The position numbers were made by a program, and so were the translations under genes. From the NCBI GenBank assembly GCA_964016885.1, contig OZ024742.1, positions 189,968,001-190,032,000 on the forward strand: DNA of 64,000 nucleotides, read 5' to 3'. Within the stretch, counting starts at the first letter, position 1, and each line of letters starts with the position of its first letter. The notes beneath the pieces are model-generated. The model had not been told where the DNA came from. It did not search any database and worked only from the letters and a program-made list of their open reading frames with translations. The stretch is from Eledone cirrhosa. Taxonomy: Eukaryota. Shown piece by piece: positions 63,709 to 64,000 of this stretch.

Positions 63709-64000
63709 TAAACTCCTCCAAAATATTCGTTTTAAATTTTATTTGAAACACAGACAGTGAGGTTCCTAGCAATAATCCATCGTATTTATTATATATGTTT
63801 ATATTTGTGTTTATATTTTCATTCTGTAAGAATTATAAACAATTTGTAATGTTATTTATTTAATAAAAATTATTGTAAACAGTGTATTTCATTTGAAATA
63901 TGGTGATGAAAGCATTTAGAAGTTTACGTTTATGTAACAACTTTGCATAATGAAAATCTTGATAATGAGAAAATTAGTTATATCATTAAATTTTTCTAAA

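Overview
Eukaryotic, gene-free window, probably from an octopus or other cephalopod (inferred from the SINE type and the RTE/Penelope content). Bases 1-57,120 are a very long interrupted (TA)n field with many retroelements inserted in it. These include three Naiad-type Penelope-like elements (PLEs; RT plus C-terminal GIY-YIG), one nearly intact at 8541-13413, and two RTE-clade LINE fragments. They also include a set of non-coding inserts carrying minimal type I hammerhead ribozymes (HHRs). The main ones are a near-invariant 310-bp HHR tandem array that reverses orientation at 51008, two related ~470-bp HHR units that share a covarying fold, and several short foldback inserts. Many inserts share the PLE integration signature: a 5' inverted arm that stops 34-145 nt short of the element's 3' end, with (TA)n on both sides. 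My interpretation is a (TA)n-targeting Naiad/retrozyme system with autonomous drivers and viroid-like non-autonomous passengers. About 12.7 kb after the 200-N gap (35604-35803) repeats 22303-35603 and is probably assembly redundancy. The last 7 kb is ordinary intergenic or intronic DNA with tRNA-derived SINEs, nested hAT-like MITEs and a 47-bp SINE-head minisatellite. The many IY-rich ORFs are microsatellite translations, not genes.
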